From the NCBI RefSeq assembly GCF_000009705.1, contig NC_003272.1:2880001-2912000 (forward strand): 32,000 bases of DNA, given 5' to 3'. The notes beneath the pieces were generated by a model. It had not been told where the DNA came from, searched no databases, and worked only from the letters and a program-made list of their open reading frames with translations. The translations under genes and the position numbers were made by a program. Below are positions 8,194-16,950 of this stretch, one piece after another; position 1 is the stretch's first letter; each line of letters starts with the position of its first letter. This DNA is from Nostoc sp. PCC 7120 = FACHB-418 (GTDB lineage Bacteria; Cyanobacteriota; Cyanobacteriia; Cyanobacteriales; Nostocaceae).

Positions 8194-8949
8194 ATGTCTC
8201 AAGTTTCAATTATCATTCCTACCTTGAATGAAGCAGCTAGTTTAGGACGCACACTGCGCCAGCTAACTTTACTTAACCCACCGGCTAAGGAAGTGATAGT
8301 AGTAGATGGTGGCAGTGAAGATGAGACAATAGCGATCGCCAAACAAAACTTTGAGTCATTTCGTCAAGCCACGGGTGTACAAGTTATCTTTTGTGAGCGT
8401 CGTGGACGTTCTGTGCAGATGAACTATGGAGCGTTATCTGCAACGGGAGATATTCTTTGCTTTCTCCATGCAGATACTTGGGTTCCCGATGACTTAGTTG
8501 CTGTCATCGAAAAAACTTTAGCAGAAACAAAAGTTTCCTGTGGGGGATTTATATCTTTAATGACTGGTTCTCAAACAACTCGCTGGGGTATTTCCTTACA
8601 TAATTATCTCAAAACCTATTACGCTCCCCTATTGTTTAAACCTCACTTATTTTTTCAAGGACTGCGCCTTTTGTTTGGGGATCAGGTGATGTTTTGTCGG
8701 CGGAATGATTTTTGGGATTGTGGCGGGTTCAATGAGGAATTACCAATTATGGAAGACGGCGATTTATGTCTCAAATTGGTACAAAAAGGACGTATTGCTT
8801 TAGTGAATCGTATCGTTCAAAGTTCTGATCGTCGGGTGGCGCGTTGGGGTAGTTGGAAAGCTACAGCTATTTACCTCTACATCGGGGTTTTGTGGGGGAT
8901 TGGCGTGGATGCAAATTATCTCAAGCAGTTTTATCAAGATATTCGCTGA
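8194..8949 (+). CDS. Family-2 glycosyltransferase, TIGR04283-like (family annotated as rSAM/selenodomain- or arsenosugar-associated)
   Basis: VSIIIPTLNEA...VIVVDGGSEDET...RGRSVQMNYGALSATGDILCFLHADTWVP...FGDQVMFCRRNDFWDCGGFNEELPIMEDGDL...SSDRRVARWG. The subfamily assignment is from memory of the TIGR04283 consensus. Confidence 0.8.
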   Translation: MSQVSIIIPTLNEAASLGRTLRQLTLLNPPAKEVIVVDGGSEDETIAIAKQNFESFRQATGVQVIFCERRGRSVQMNYGALSATGDILCFLHADTWVPDDLVAVIEKTLAETKVSCGGFISLMTGSQTTRWGISLHNYLKTYYAPLLFKPHLFFQGLRLLFGDQVMFCRRNDFWDCGGFNEELPIMEDGDLCLKLVQKGRIALVNRIVQSSDRRVARWGSWKATAIYLYIGVLWGIGVDANYLKQFYQDIR

Positions 8950-9674
8950 TTTAGACTCCAGTCGTAATCAAGATAGACTATTGGTGTTGAAGCCGTCAAA
9001 GGCGCATCTATTTTCAAGTAGGAGCCGATATATTCTGGAAGCGAGGGCGCAGCCTTGAGAAAATCCTGACGATACCACTTGAAAATTTTACTACAGTAGA
9101 GTGTTTGAGTTGAGAAATCATAGCGGACTTTTTCAGGATTATTAATGAAGCGATCGCTATCTTCATCTAACTGTTGCATCACTTGTTCAGGAAAATAAGC
9201 GCCTGAGCGCAAGACAGGACAACCAACAGAAGCGCAAACAATAGCAAAATGGATGCGTGGCTCCTGCAATTTACCGCGCAAGATTTGATTCTCGATTTGC
9301 GCCAAACTGTAGCGATCGCCAAAAATTTGATAAGCTTTTCTTTGAAAGAACCACAAAAAAGCCAACCAATTGGGAATACCGCGAAATCGGGGCAGAATTG
9401 ACTTAATTGGATATCGTTCTAAAATTGTCGAAATCGTCAAAGCATTGTAGAGGTTAATCCATAGCGCTAATTGCTCGCTAGTACTGGTGTTAGTTTCTAG
9501 ACGCAGATGTTTGTAGTTGTGTAACCAGTTAGCTAGTGCATGGGGTTGTTGTGTTTTCCATGCTAGATAGTCTACACGACCATGTTCATCAACATACTGG
9601 CAAAGTAGTTCATCCCAAGGTTGAAAGTCCATCATTTTCTGTTGTTGTGGAGTTAGGGAGTGATACCAATTCAA
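8934..9674 (-). CDS. DUF547 domain protein
   Basis: QLALWINLYNALTISTILERYPIKSI...HFAIVCASVGCPVLR is a typical DUF547 core. The track start at 9674 is a TTG lying inside a TTCAAAA tandem repeat, so the ATG-ATG at 9635/9632 (MMDFQPWDELL) is at least as likely. Its 3' end overlaps the convergent GT2 gene by 16 nt. Confidence 0.8.
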   Translation of the reverse strand: MNWYHSLTPQQQKMMDFQPWDELLCQYVDEHGRVDYLAWKTQQPHALANWLHNYKHLRLETNTSTSEQLALWINLYNALTISTILERYPIKSILPRFRGIPNWLAFLWFFQRKAYQIFGDRYSLAQIENQILRGKLQEPRIHFAIVCASVGCPVLRSGAYFPEQVMQQLDEDSDRFINNPEKVRYDFSTQTLYCSKIFKWYRQDFLKAAPSLPEYIGSYLKIDAPLTASTPIVYLDYDWSLNQRIS

Positions 9675-9697
9675 AATTCAAAATTCAAAATTCAAAA
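9670..9697. repeat. Heptamer tandem repeat, 4 x TTCAAAA
   Basis: Read directly: ttcaaaa ttcaaaa ttcaaaa ttcaaaa. Isolated copies of AATTCAAAA recur at about 9728, 11379, 11414 and 15477. Confidence 0.9.
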
Positions 9698-9837
9698 TTC
9701 AAAACTTGTACTGAGCTTGTCGCAGTATTCAAAATTAAGAATCAAGAGATGAAAAGCATTTAGGGCTGTATAACTGTCGCATTCTTTTTTCAAATTGGTA
9801 TGATTTATCACGCAGAGGCGCGGAGAGAAGGGAAGAA

Positions 9838-11355
9838 TTATTGGCGTGTATAGCGATGTTTTACGCCGATGGGGAAATATTCGCGATCGCCCATTGGCGC
9901 TAGGGCTATCTGTGGTGTTTGATATTCTGGGGGGACATAGTTGGCAAATTCACCGTTCAGGCGCAATAGTTGGGTGAGAATTGAGGTGGCTATGGCTTGG
10001 CGTTTGTCTTCGCTTTCTTCTACCCCTGGCGCTAATTCTACAACTACGGATAAAAAGCGGTTTTTATCAGCATCTTCTTTTACTTGCAAGACAAATTTAC
10101 CTGTTACCCATGCTTGAATAACTGGTTGTTCTAAACCGACGGAGATGTTTTCGGGGTAGATATTAGCTCCAAAATAGGAGACTGTAAAATTAGAGCGTCC
10201 AAAGACATAGACGAAGGGTAGTTGATTAATTCCTCTGGGGGAGTTGGGAGTAGTAGAAGCAAGCTTTTCCAGGGGATTAAAGCCCCAATTTGTGAGGAAT
10301 TGAAGCATAGCATCATAACTGATGATTCCACCCGTATCTAAGATGTTGTAGCGGATGAGGGGAACGCCATTATTACCAGAGAACAGCAATTGACCGTCTT
10401 GGATTTCAAAAAAGCGGCTAACCGGGTCGTATTGTACCAGCGTAGGTAAACGGGATTCACCAAATAAAGCTTTGGCTGCTTCGGGATTTTGTGCTAAAAA
10501 ACGGCGAATACAAATACTCAATGGTGTTTCGTTACCCAACACCCCTGCATCGGCTGTACCGTAAAGTGATGCTGAGTCATAACAAGGGTTTTGGGAACCC
10601 ACTCTTTCCCCAACTAAACTACGCCATTCCTCACTGAATACTTCCCCCGCCATCACCAGTTTAATTTGATAGCGTTGCCACTCTACACCACGGGCAATTC
10701 CTGTATCAATCACATCTTTCAGAAATGGCGGATATCCCAACAACACCACCTGGTCAAAATTACCGCCGAGTTCCTGCACTACCCGTAAAATATCTTCCTT
10801 ATTATTACCCGGTGTAATGACGGTGATGAGGTAGCCTTTACTGGCAAGATAACGACAGCAATTAGTAGTAAACATACCACCAACCCAAGTTCCTAGTGTG
10901 AAACAAATCACTGCTAAGGTGCGTCTCGTGTCAGCAGCAAAACTATCGTGAAAAATCTGCTCAAAGCGTGTAGCGATTTGCAGCTCATCAGTGAAGAAAC
11001 GAGGCCAGAATGTGGGTTTACCTGTGGAACCAGAAGAAGCAGCTATCATATCGCAACCAGACAAATTGCCGTGGCGACACAAATCAGCCAGAGGATAACG
11101 AGAAATATAATTATCTTTAGCGATCGCAGGTAATCTGCCAAAATCCTCTAAATTTTGAATAGTCCCCGCATCAATACCTCTCTCTGCTAAAAAAGCCTGA
11201 TATGCAGGTACATGAGCGACTACATCACGAAATAAACTTAAAACTGCTGACTCATCAGAGATTCCGAGATGCTTTTTCAGCAAAGATTCCAGGGAAGTAG
11301 AAACAAAATCTCCCCAAGCCTCAATCACGTCCTTTTTTCTAGATTCTTGATTCAT
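9838..11355 (-). CDS. Phenylacetate-CoA ligase / coenzyme F390 synthetase-like adenylate-forming enzyme
   Basis: 505 aa with the AMP-binding signature MIAASSGSTGKPTFWPRF and the overall PaaK-like layout. Confidence 0.75.
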   Translation of the reverse strand: MNQESRKKDVIEAWGDFVSTSLESLLKKHLGISDESAVLSLFRDVVAHVPAYQAFLAERGIDAGTIQNLEDFGRLPAIAKDNYISRYPLADLCRHGNLSGCDMIAASSGSTGKPTFWPRFFTDELQIATRFEQIFHDSFAADTRRTLAVICFTLGTWVGGMFTTNCCRYLASKGYLITVITPGNNKEDILRVVQELGGNFDQVVLLGYPPFLKDVIDTGIARGVEWQRYQIKLVMAGEVFSEEWRSLVGERVGSQNPCYDSASLYGTADAGVLGNETPLSICIRRFLAQNPEAAKALFGESRLPTLVQYDPVSRFFEIQDGQLLFSGNNGVPLIRYNILDTGGIISYDAMLQFLTNWGFNPLEKLASTTPNSPRGINQLPFVYVFGRSNFTVSYFGANIYPENISVGLEQPVIQAWVTGKFVLQVKEDADKNRFLSVVVELAPGVEESEDKRQAIATSILTQLLRLNGEFANYVPPEYQTPQIALAPMGDREYFPIGVKHRYTRQ

Positions 11356-11392
11356 AATGCACCTAACCCCTTCGGGGAATTCAAAATAGCCT

Positions 11393-11411
11393 ACGGCAAG
11401 GCTACGCCAAC
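11393..11411. repeat. Dispersed repeat core ACGGCAAGGCTACGCCAAC, copy 1
   Basis: An inverted, near-identical copy (GTTGGCGTTAGCCTTGCCGT) lies at 15531-15550. Both are flanked by AATTCAAAA motifs. Confidence 0.6.
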
Positions 11412-11594
11412 AAAATTCAAAAAAAGTCAGTGGTCATTAGAAACATTGCAGTACAACTTCCTTACATAATATTTCCCCTCTCTCTTACCTGTTCTGTTCC
11501 TCGACTTCCCACTCCCCATCTTTAGAGAATATTCGTAAATGCGACTACAGTTGTTGTAGTAATTTAGAAAAACCCTTACCTATCCTTCAGCACC

Positions 11595-13286
11595 ATGCAG
11601 GTTTATTGCAGTAAGCAACACGCAAATAATGGCGGTAATCGTTTTTGTACTCACTGCGGTGAGCCTTTACCGCTTGCTGTGAAGCAAGTTGTAGATAATC
11701 GCTATCGCATCATACGTCAATTAGGACAGGGTGGTTTTGGACGCACTTATTTGGCTGAAGATATTAAAAAGTCTAATAAAACTTGTGTGCTGAAGGAATT
11801 TGCACCCCAAGTAGAACAAAAAGAGGATTTACAAAAAGCCAAGGAATTATTTGAGAGAGAAGCAAATGTCCTCAAGAAACTCCAGCATTCTCAGATTCCG
11901 CGTTTTCATGGTTCCCTACAAGCCCAGATTGGTACTAAGGATTTCTTCTTTTTAGTACAAGATTATGTAGAGGGTGATAATTATCTCCAACTTTTAGAAC
12001 AACGTCAAAGTCAGGGGAAAACTTTTACTGAAGAGGAAGTGATTACTCTATTGCGGCAAACTTTACCGATTTTGATTTATATTCACTCTCAAAATACAGT
12101 CCACCGTGATATTTCTCCTGATAACTTGATTTTGCGCCGTTCTGATAATTTACCCGTACTCATTGACTTTGGTGGTGTGAAACAACTACCAGCGTCTCAA
12201 GGTTTCTGGTCTACTAAGTTGGCTGGTAATAACACTTTACTAGGTAAAAAAGGTTACGCTCCAGAGGAACAACTACGACAAGGAAAAGTATTTATAAACA
12301 GCGATTTATACTCCTTGGCGGTGACGGCTCTAGTCTTACTTACAGGTAAAGAACCACAAAAATTATACGACAGCTATCAGGGGGTATGGCGTTGGGGGAA
12401 AGAAATCAACGCCAGTATTCAACTGGAATCTGTGTTAAAAAGGATGCTTGCTTATAAGCCAGGCGATCGCTATCAAAATGCTGCCCAAATCCTCACAGAC
12501 TTACCCTCACCCTCATCACTTACCAAGCCGCCAACTACCCATCTCACCAAGATTAAAACGATGGTAGTGTCCCCCGGACGCAAGGTAACAGTTCTCGCTA
12601 GTAAACTACACAACAAAACTCAAGCAGTGAGCCAAAAGTTACCTTTACCTGTTTGGCTACGTCCTTTCGCTGTGAGTTTTGGGGGAACAGCTTTAGTTGT
12701 CTTAACAGGTGCAGGTACTTGGGCATTAGTAAATTCCGTGGTTCGTGGCGTATCTTCAATTACCATCCCTTCTATTTCCTTACCCGAATTACCATCCTTA
12801 CCCAACCCACTAGCACAACCAGTCACCGACAAAAACAAAACTAGTAACAGTGAAGTTCTCAGTCGTCGTCAACAGCTAGAAATCCCCGAAACATTTTTTA
12901 TTCAGATGGCAGATAGCTTATTTTATGCTCAAAAGCCAGAATTAAAAGGACGTAGCTTAACATCGAAGCCAGAAGATGCGCCCCTAAGAGATGAATGGCA
13001 CGCTGTCGCTGGAGAATTTTTGAATAAAATAGAACAAGCGAACCTCAGTACAGCAGCTCGGCGAAAACTGGGAAGCTATACCCAAAAAGATTATGAAACC
13101 TGGAGAAGACAAGCACGCTCTGGACAACTGGGAAATTACACAGCCAGCCAACTAAATAAAGACACAAATGAGAAATTTGATCGGTTGTTTCCTGGTCAGC
13201 AGCGTGGGAAACTGAATCAACAAACTTTCGGTCAAGTTTGGTATGCGATCGCAGCTGATCAAGTAAGTAAAGCACAATCTAAGTAG
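11595..13286 (+). CDS. Membrane-spanning Ser/Thr protein kinase with an N-terminal zinc ribbon
   Basis: Zinc ribbon YCSKQHANNGGNRFCTHCGEPL. Hanks motifs GQGGFGRTY, VLKEF, HRDISPDNL, DFGGVK and APEEQ. A P-rich linker leads to a TM helix (VSFGGTALVVLTGAGTWALV) and then a ~150-aa extracytoplasmic domain shared with the next gene. Confidence 0.9.
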   Translation: MQVYCSKQHANNGGNRFCTHCGEPLPLAVKQVVDNRYRIIRQLGQGGFGRTYLAEDIKKSNKTCVLKEFAPQVEQKEDLQKAKELFEREANVLKKLQHSQIPRFHGSLQAQIGTKDFFFLVQDYVEGDNYLQLLEQRQSQGKTFTEEEVITLLRQTLPILIYIHSQNTVHRDISPDNLILRRSDNLPVLIDFGGVKQLPASQGFWSTKLAGNNTLLGKKGYAPEEQLRQGKVFINSDLYSLAVTALVLLTGKEPQKLYDSYQGVWRWGKEINASIQLESVLKRMLAYKPGDRYQNAAQILTDLPSPSSLTKPPTTHLTKIKTMVVSPGRKVTVLASKLHNKTQAVSQKLPLPVWLRPFAVSFGGTALVVLTGAGTWALVNSVVRGVSSITIPSISLPELPSLPNPLAQPVTDKNKTSNSEVLSRRQQLEIPETFFIQMADSLFYAQKPELKGRSLTSKPEDAPLRDEWHAVAGEFLNKIEQANLSTAARRKLGSYTQKDYETWRRQARSGQLGNYTASQLNKDTNEKFDRLFPGQQRGKLNQQTFGQVWYAIAADQVSKAQSK

Positions 13287-13287
13287 G

Positions 13288-13360
13288 GTAATTGGTAATT
13301 GGTGACAACTGACAACTGACAACTGACTATGGACTAATGACGAATGACGAATGACGAATG
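13288..13360. repeat. STRR-like heptamer tandem repeats (GTAATTG x2, GACAACT x3, GACGAAT x3)
   Basis: Read directly: gtaattggtaattggtgacaactgacaactgacaactgac...aatgacgaatgacgaatgacgaatgac. The repeats run into the ATG of the second kinase at 13358. Confidence 0.9.
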
Positions 13361-15472
13361 ACTAAATTATATTGTTCAAAAGGACACGAGAATTACCCAG
13401 GGACTCGGTTCTGTCTTACGTGTGGTGAGAAGTTAGTGGATAATTTTATAACTCAGAGTATTCAACCGGGGTTAACTTTAAGCGATCGCTATCTGATTGT
13501 ACGTCAAGTTGGTCAGGGGGGATTTGGGCGCACTTATTTAGCTGAAGATATTAACCGTTTCCGCGAACTTTGTATTTTAAAAGAATTTTCACCCCAAGTT
13601 CAAACAGCCTACGTCTTACAAAAAGCAGAGGAGTTGTTTCAACGAGAAGCTAAGGTTCTCCATCAGCTACAACATCCCCAAATACCCCGCTTTCGAGAAA
13701 TATTTCGTGTCAATCTAGCGGGTAAGGAATATTTATTTTTAGTTCAAGATTATGTAGAAGGGGAAACTTACAGTGGGTTATTAAATCACCGCATACAGCA
13801 AGGGTTAAGATTCACAGAAGCAGAAATCCGCCAACTGTTGCAGCAAATTCTCCCAGTTTTGGACTATATCCATTCTCTGGGTGTGATTCATCGAGATATA
13901 TCGCCAGATAATCTCATTCTTCGCAGTGTTGACAAACTACCAGTATTGATTGATTTTGGTGGTGTCAAACAAGTAGTAGCCGTTGTTGCATCTCAATATT
14001 ATCAACCGGGTGTAGTTGCATCTCCTCCAGCCGCTACCCTACTAGGTAAAGTGGGATTTGCACCACCAGAACAGATGCAAACTGGAAATGTCTCTCCCCA
14101 CAGTGATTTATATGCTTTGGCGGTCACGGCAGTAGTTTTACTGACTGGAAAACAACCCCAGGAATTACTTGATACATATAATTTATCTTGGAATTGGCAA
14201 CGAGAAATTAGCCTTAGTCCCATTTTGGGGCAAGTGTTAGATAAAATGCTGGCGGCTAGACCAGGCGATCGCTATCAGTCAGCCCAGCAAGTCTTACACG
14301 CACTTAACCCAGCACCAACCAATTACCCGCCTACCCAAGCCCCCACTCCTACCTCCGTTCCCATACCACCACCTGTTCCTACACCCGATACAATTGCTAT
14401 TGCCCCATCTCTCCCCACTCCCACCATTTCCCCAGCACCTCAAAGAAAAAACTGGTTGATACCAACCGCCGCACTCTTATTAGTCGGTACGGCTGGCTTA
14501 GTTTGGTTAGGGATGAGTAACAGCGATCGCCACTCTATCTCCGTTGAACCCACTCCCACACCCACAGAGACACAACCCACCAACCCCCTAGATAAATACT
14601 CCCCCACAGAACGACGACGCAAACAAAGATTGAACGATCGCCGTCAACAGTTGGGTATAGATTTTAACTTTTATATTAATGTAGTTAATCAAATTTTCTG
14701 GGACAGAAACCCCAGTGAACGGGGACGCACCCTCAGCGATGGGGCAGAAGATGAAAACTTACGGGCAGAATGGGATGCAGTCGCCGCCGAATTGTTAGAT
14801 AAACTCAAACCCCTGAGTAATAAAGCTAGACGACAACTAGGTACTTATACTGCCGCAGAACGCGATCGCTGGAAAGTAGAAGTTAATCAAATCAACGTTG
14901 GTAGCCGTTCTTTATATGATTTAGGTGATGCAGCCTTCTTCAAAGCATTTCCTGAACAGAAGGGCAAAAACTTTATTGAGCAACCAATTGGACAAGTTTG
15001 GCAAGCCTTTGTTAGTGATAAACTGAGTGCGATCGTTGCGGGTAGCGCCTTTCAAAAAATTGTCTTTGATCCAGGCGCTATAAATAAAACAGTCAGTGGC
15101 ACTCTCCAGCCTGCTGGCGGTAAAGTTTTTATTGCTGACTTAGCTCAAGACCAATCTCTAGAATTGCAGCTAAAAGCCAACCCTAAAGTTTTATTGTCTG
15201 TATATTCCCCCTCAGGAAAAACAATATTTTTAGAAGATTCTGAAAAACGTAGTTTATCAACTGAACTCCCAGAATCTGGATTTTATGAGTTCGTTGTCGT
15301 GTCTACTGCGTCCACATCCGCAGATTATCGACTCACCCTCACAGCAGAAAATCCCACCCCACCACCAGAACCTACGCCTACCCCCAGCGAAACCCCCACA
15401 CCTACCCCTACACCTACCCCAAGTGAAACGCCCACAGAAACACCCACGCCTACACCAACAACTACACCGTAA
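13358..15472 (+). CDS. Membrane-spanning Ser/Thr protein kinase, tandem paralogue, with an extra beta-rich C-terminal domain and a PT-rich tail
   Basis: Same layout as the upstream kinase: YCSKGHENYPGTRFCLTCGEKL, GQGGFGRTY, HRDISPDNL, DFGGVK, TM WLIPTAALLLVGTAGLVWLGM and the shared RRQQLGI...LRAEWDAVAAELL...ARRQLGTYT domain. It adds a ~100-aa domain (possibly PPC-like, by eye) and PEPTPTPSETPTPTPTPTPSETPTETPTPTPTTTP. Confidence 0.9.
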   Translation: MTKLYCSKGHENYPGTRFCLTCGEKLVDNFITQSIQPGLTLSDRYLIVRQVGQGGFGRTYLAEDINRFRELCILKEFSPQVQTAYVLQKAEELFQREAKVLHQLQHPQIPRFREIFRVNLAGKEYLFLVQDYVEGETYSGLLNHRIQQGLRFTEAEIRQLLQQILPVLDYIHSLGVIHRDISPDNLILRSVDKLPVLIDFGGVKQVVAVVASQYYQPGVVASPPAATLLGKVGFAPPEQMQTGNVSPHSDLYALAVTAVVLLTGKQPQELLDTYNLSWNWQREISLSPILGQVLDKMLAARPGDRYQSAQQVLHALNPAPTNYPPTQAPTPTSVPIPPPVPTPDTIAIAPSLPTPTISPAPQRKNWLIPTAALLLVGTAGLVWLGMSNSDRHSISVEPTPTPTETQPTNPLDKYSPTERRRKQRLNDRRQQLGIDFNFYINVVNQIFWDRNPSERGRTLSDGAEDENLRAEWDAVAAELLDKLKPLSNKARRQLGTYTAAERDRWKVEVNQINVGSRSLYDLGDAAFFKAFPEQKGKNFIEQPIGQVWQAFVSDKLSAIVAGSAFQKIVFDPGAINKTVSGTLQPAGGKVFIADLAQDQSLELQLKANPKVLLSVYSPSGKTIFLEDSEKRSLSTELPESGFYEFVVVSTASTSADYRLTLTAENPTPPPEPTPTPSETPTPTPTPTPSETPTETPTPTPTTTP

Positions 15473-15530
15473 TACCAATTCAAAATGTAGGGGTTTAAAT
15501 CACCGTTACAACACCTAAAAAGCGAATTGC

Positions 15531-15550
15531 GTTGGCGTTAGCCTTGCCGT
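15531..15550. repeat. Dispersed repeat core, copy 2 (inverted relative to 11393-11411)
   Basis: GTTGGCGTTAGCCTTGCCGT is the reverse complement of copy 1 with one extra base. It lies in the convergent intergenic region 15473-15590, which is rich in GCGAATTG and GCGT motifs. Confidence 0.6.
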
Positions 15551-15590
15551 TCGCGGTAGCGTTGCGTAGCAAAGGCTATTGCGAATTGGT

Positions 15591-16793
15591 TTAAACTTTC
15601 TCTCTCGGTGGTGTGGCAATGCCTTGTTTCAATAAATTTGCTTCCAGCTCTTTGATGAATTGCAAATCTTCTACCAACAGAGCCTGATTGTCGCTGTCAA
15701 CAGAGTTCTTTTCTAAGAAAGTGAAAGCCTGGCGAAATTGTGCAGGACTGGTGATAAATGGTGAGTCAAAGTGACAGGAAATAATCTGTTGAAAATTCCA
15801 CTGTGCTATTGTATCAGCCCAGTTGAGAACTTTTTTTGGGGCTTGGGGCAGAATCAGCACTTGTAAAATCGGGGCGACAAAAGGCCGTCCATTGGCAGAT
15901 AAGGCAGCAAAGGACTGTTGCCAATTTTCTTGCCAGCGAAAGGGGAAAAAACCAAAGTATGCTTTGGCAGAATGATCGGGTGCTTTGAGTGCATCGCGCC
16001 ACATCTGCCCCCATTCAGTTAATCCCAGGGCGCTGGGGCGAAAGTAAATAGCAAATAGGGAAATACGCTGCCATCCTTGACGACGATTAGCTGGGTTATC
16101 TTCAATGACTTGTCGTGCGTTATCCCTGGCGTGAAATAGTAAGGGGTACGGTTCTAATTCCAAGATGGCGGGTGGTTCTGCTGGCACAGAAAGAACCGCA
16201 TCGGTAACAAGTAGAGTATGCGATCGCCTATGTAAAAATGCTACCTCAACAAAAGAACCTCGTCCCAGATTAATATCCAATACTGCATAATCAAACTCAT
16301 CCGCAAAAGGCGTTTGACTAGAGTCTTCTGGTAGTACTTGAGTCCGGTTTTGAGGAAATCCCAGCCAACTCAGTGGTAAGTTAAATGGGAAACTCCACTG
16401 ATGGGGGGCAACAAATACCTGTGCTTGGGGAAACTTGCGAGCGAAGGGGCCGACAAATATTTTATGTTCTAGACCAGAACTGGTAGGTAGAATTATGTAC
16501 TTAACTTCACCATGTTGGGCAACTAACTCATTAACCAGTCGGACACATTCCTTAGTTGGGGCGACTGGTGCATAAATTAGCAAACCACCTGCATTTAGCT
16601 TGATTACAGTCATCCTAATCGGCACTACGGTGTAGAGAATGCCTTGAACTTGGTCAAATGTCCAAATAGTATCTTTAACTACTTCCCGGCAAAGTGTGCG
16701 CCTTCTACCGTAGGGATAAAGCGGTAAAGTAGGCCAAAACGGCCATGACCAATCTTGGGAATTATTTTTGTGGGACTGTACTTGTGGATTCAT
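15591..16793 (-). CDS. DUF4336 domain protein
   Basis: 400 aa: WSWPFWPTLPLYPYGRRRTLCREVVKDTIWTFDQVQGILYTVVPIRMTVIKL. This matches the cyanobacterial/plant DUF4336 N-terminus as I remember it. Confidence 0.7.
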   Translation of the reverse strand: MNPQVQSHKNNSQDWSWPFWPTLPLYPYGRRRTLCREVVKDTIWTFDQVQGILYTVVPIRMTVIKLNAGGLLIYAPVAPTKECVRLVNELVAQHGEVKYIILPTSSGLEHKIFVGPFARKFPQAQVFVAPHQWSFPFNLPLSWLGFPQNRTQVLPEDSSQTPFADEFDYAVLDINLGRGSFVEVAFLHRRSHTLLVTDAVLSVPAEPPAILELEPYPLLFHARDNARQVIEDNPANRRQGWQRISLFAIYFRPSALGLTEWGQMWRDALKAPDHSAKAYFGFFPFRWQENWQQSFAALSANGRPFVAPILQVLILPQAPKKVLNWADTIAQWNFQQIISCHFDSPFITSPAQFRQAFTFLEKNSVDSDNQALLVEDLQFIKELEANLLKQGIATPPREKV

Positions 16794-16796
16794 CTT

Positions 16797-16836
16797 TTAG
16801 TCAATAGTCAGTAGTCAGTGGTCAATAGTCAGTGGT
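16797..16836. repeat. STRR-like heptamer repeats (TAGTCAG / TGGTCAA variants)
   Basis: ttagtcaatagtcagtagtcagtggtcaatagtcagtgg lies immediately upstream of the DUF4336 start, in the divergent promoter region. Confidence 0.85.
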
Positions 16837-16950
16837 TTTCTTCTCCCCTGCTTCCCCTGCACCCCCTGCGTCTTCTATTCCTCCAGTCTCTCTTATGGAG
16901 CGTTGATCCATATAATGAAGAAAAGTTAATTTGTACTTAAAAAAGTAAAT

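Noticed and set aside
15257-15518. ORFs 15257..15478 (-) and 15285..15518 (+), rich in Cys/Arg/Gly or Pro/His.
   Set aside because: They are alternative readings of the ACNCCN (Pro/Thr) repeat at the 3' end of the second kinase gene. The low-complexity composition is an artefact.
9670-16836. The heptamer tandem repeats (9670-9697, 13288-13360, 16797-16836) as CRISPR-like or telomere-like arrays.
   Set aside because: The units are 7 nt, contiguous and located at gene boundaries. This matches the well-known STRR class of heterocystous cyanobacteria. No spacers are present.
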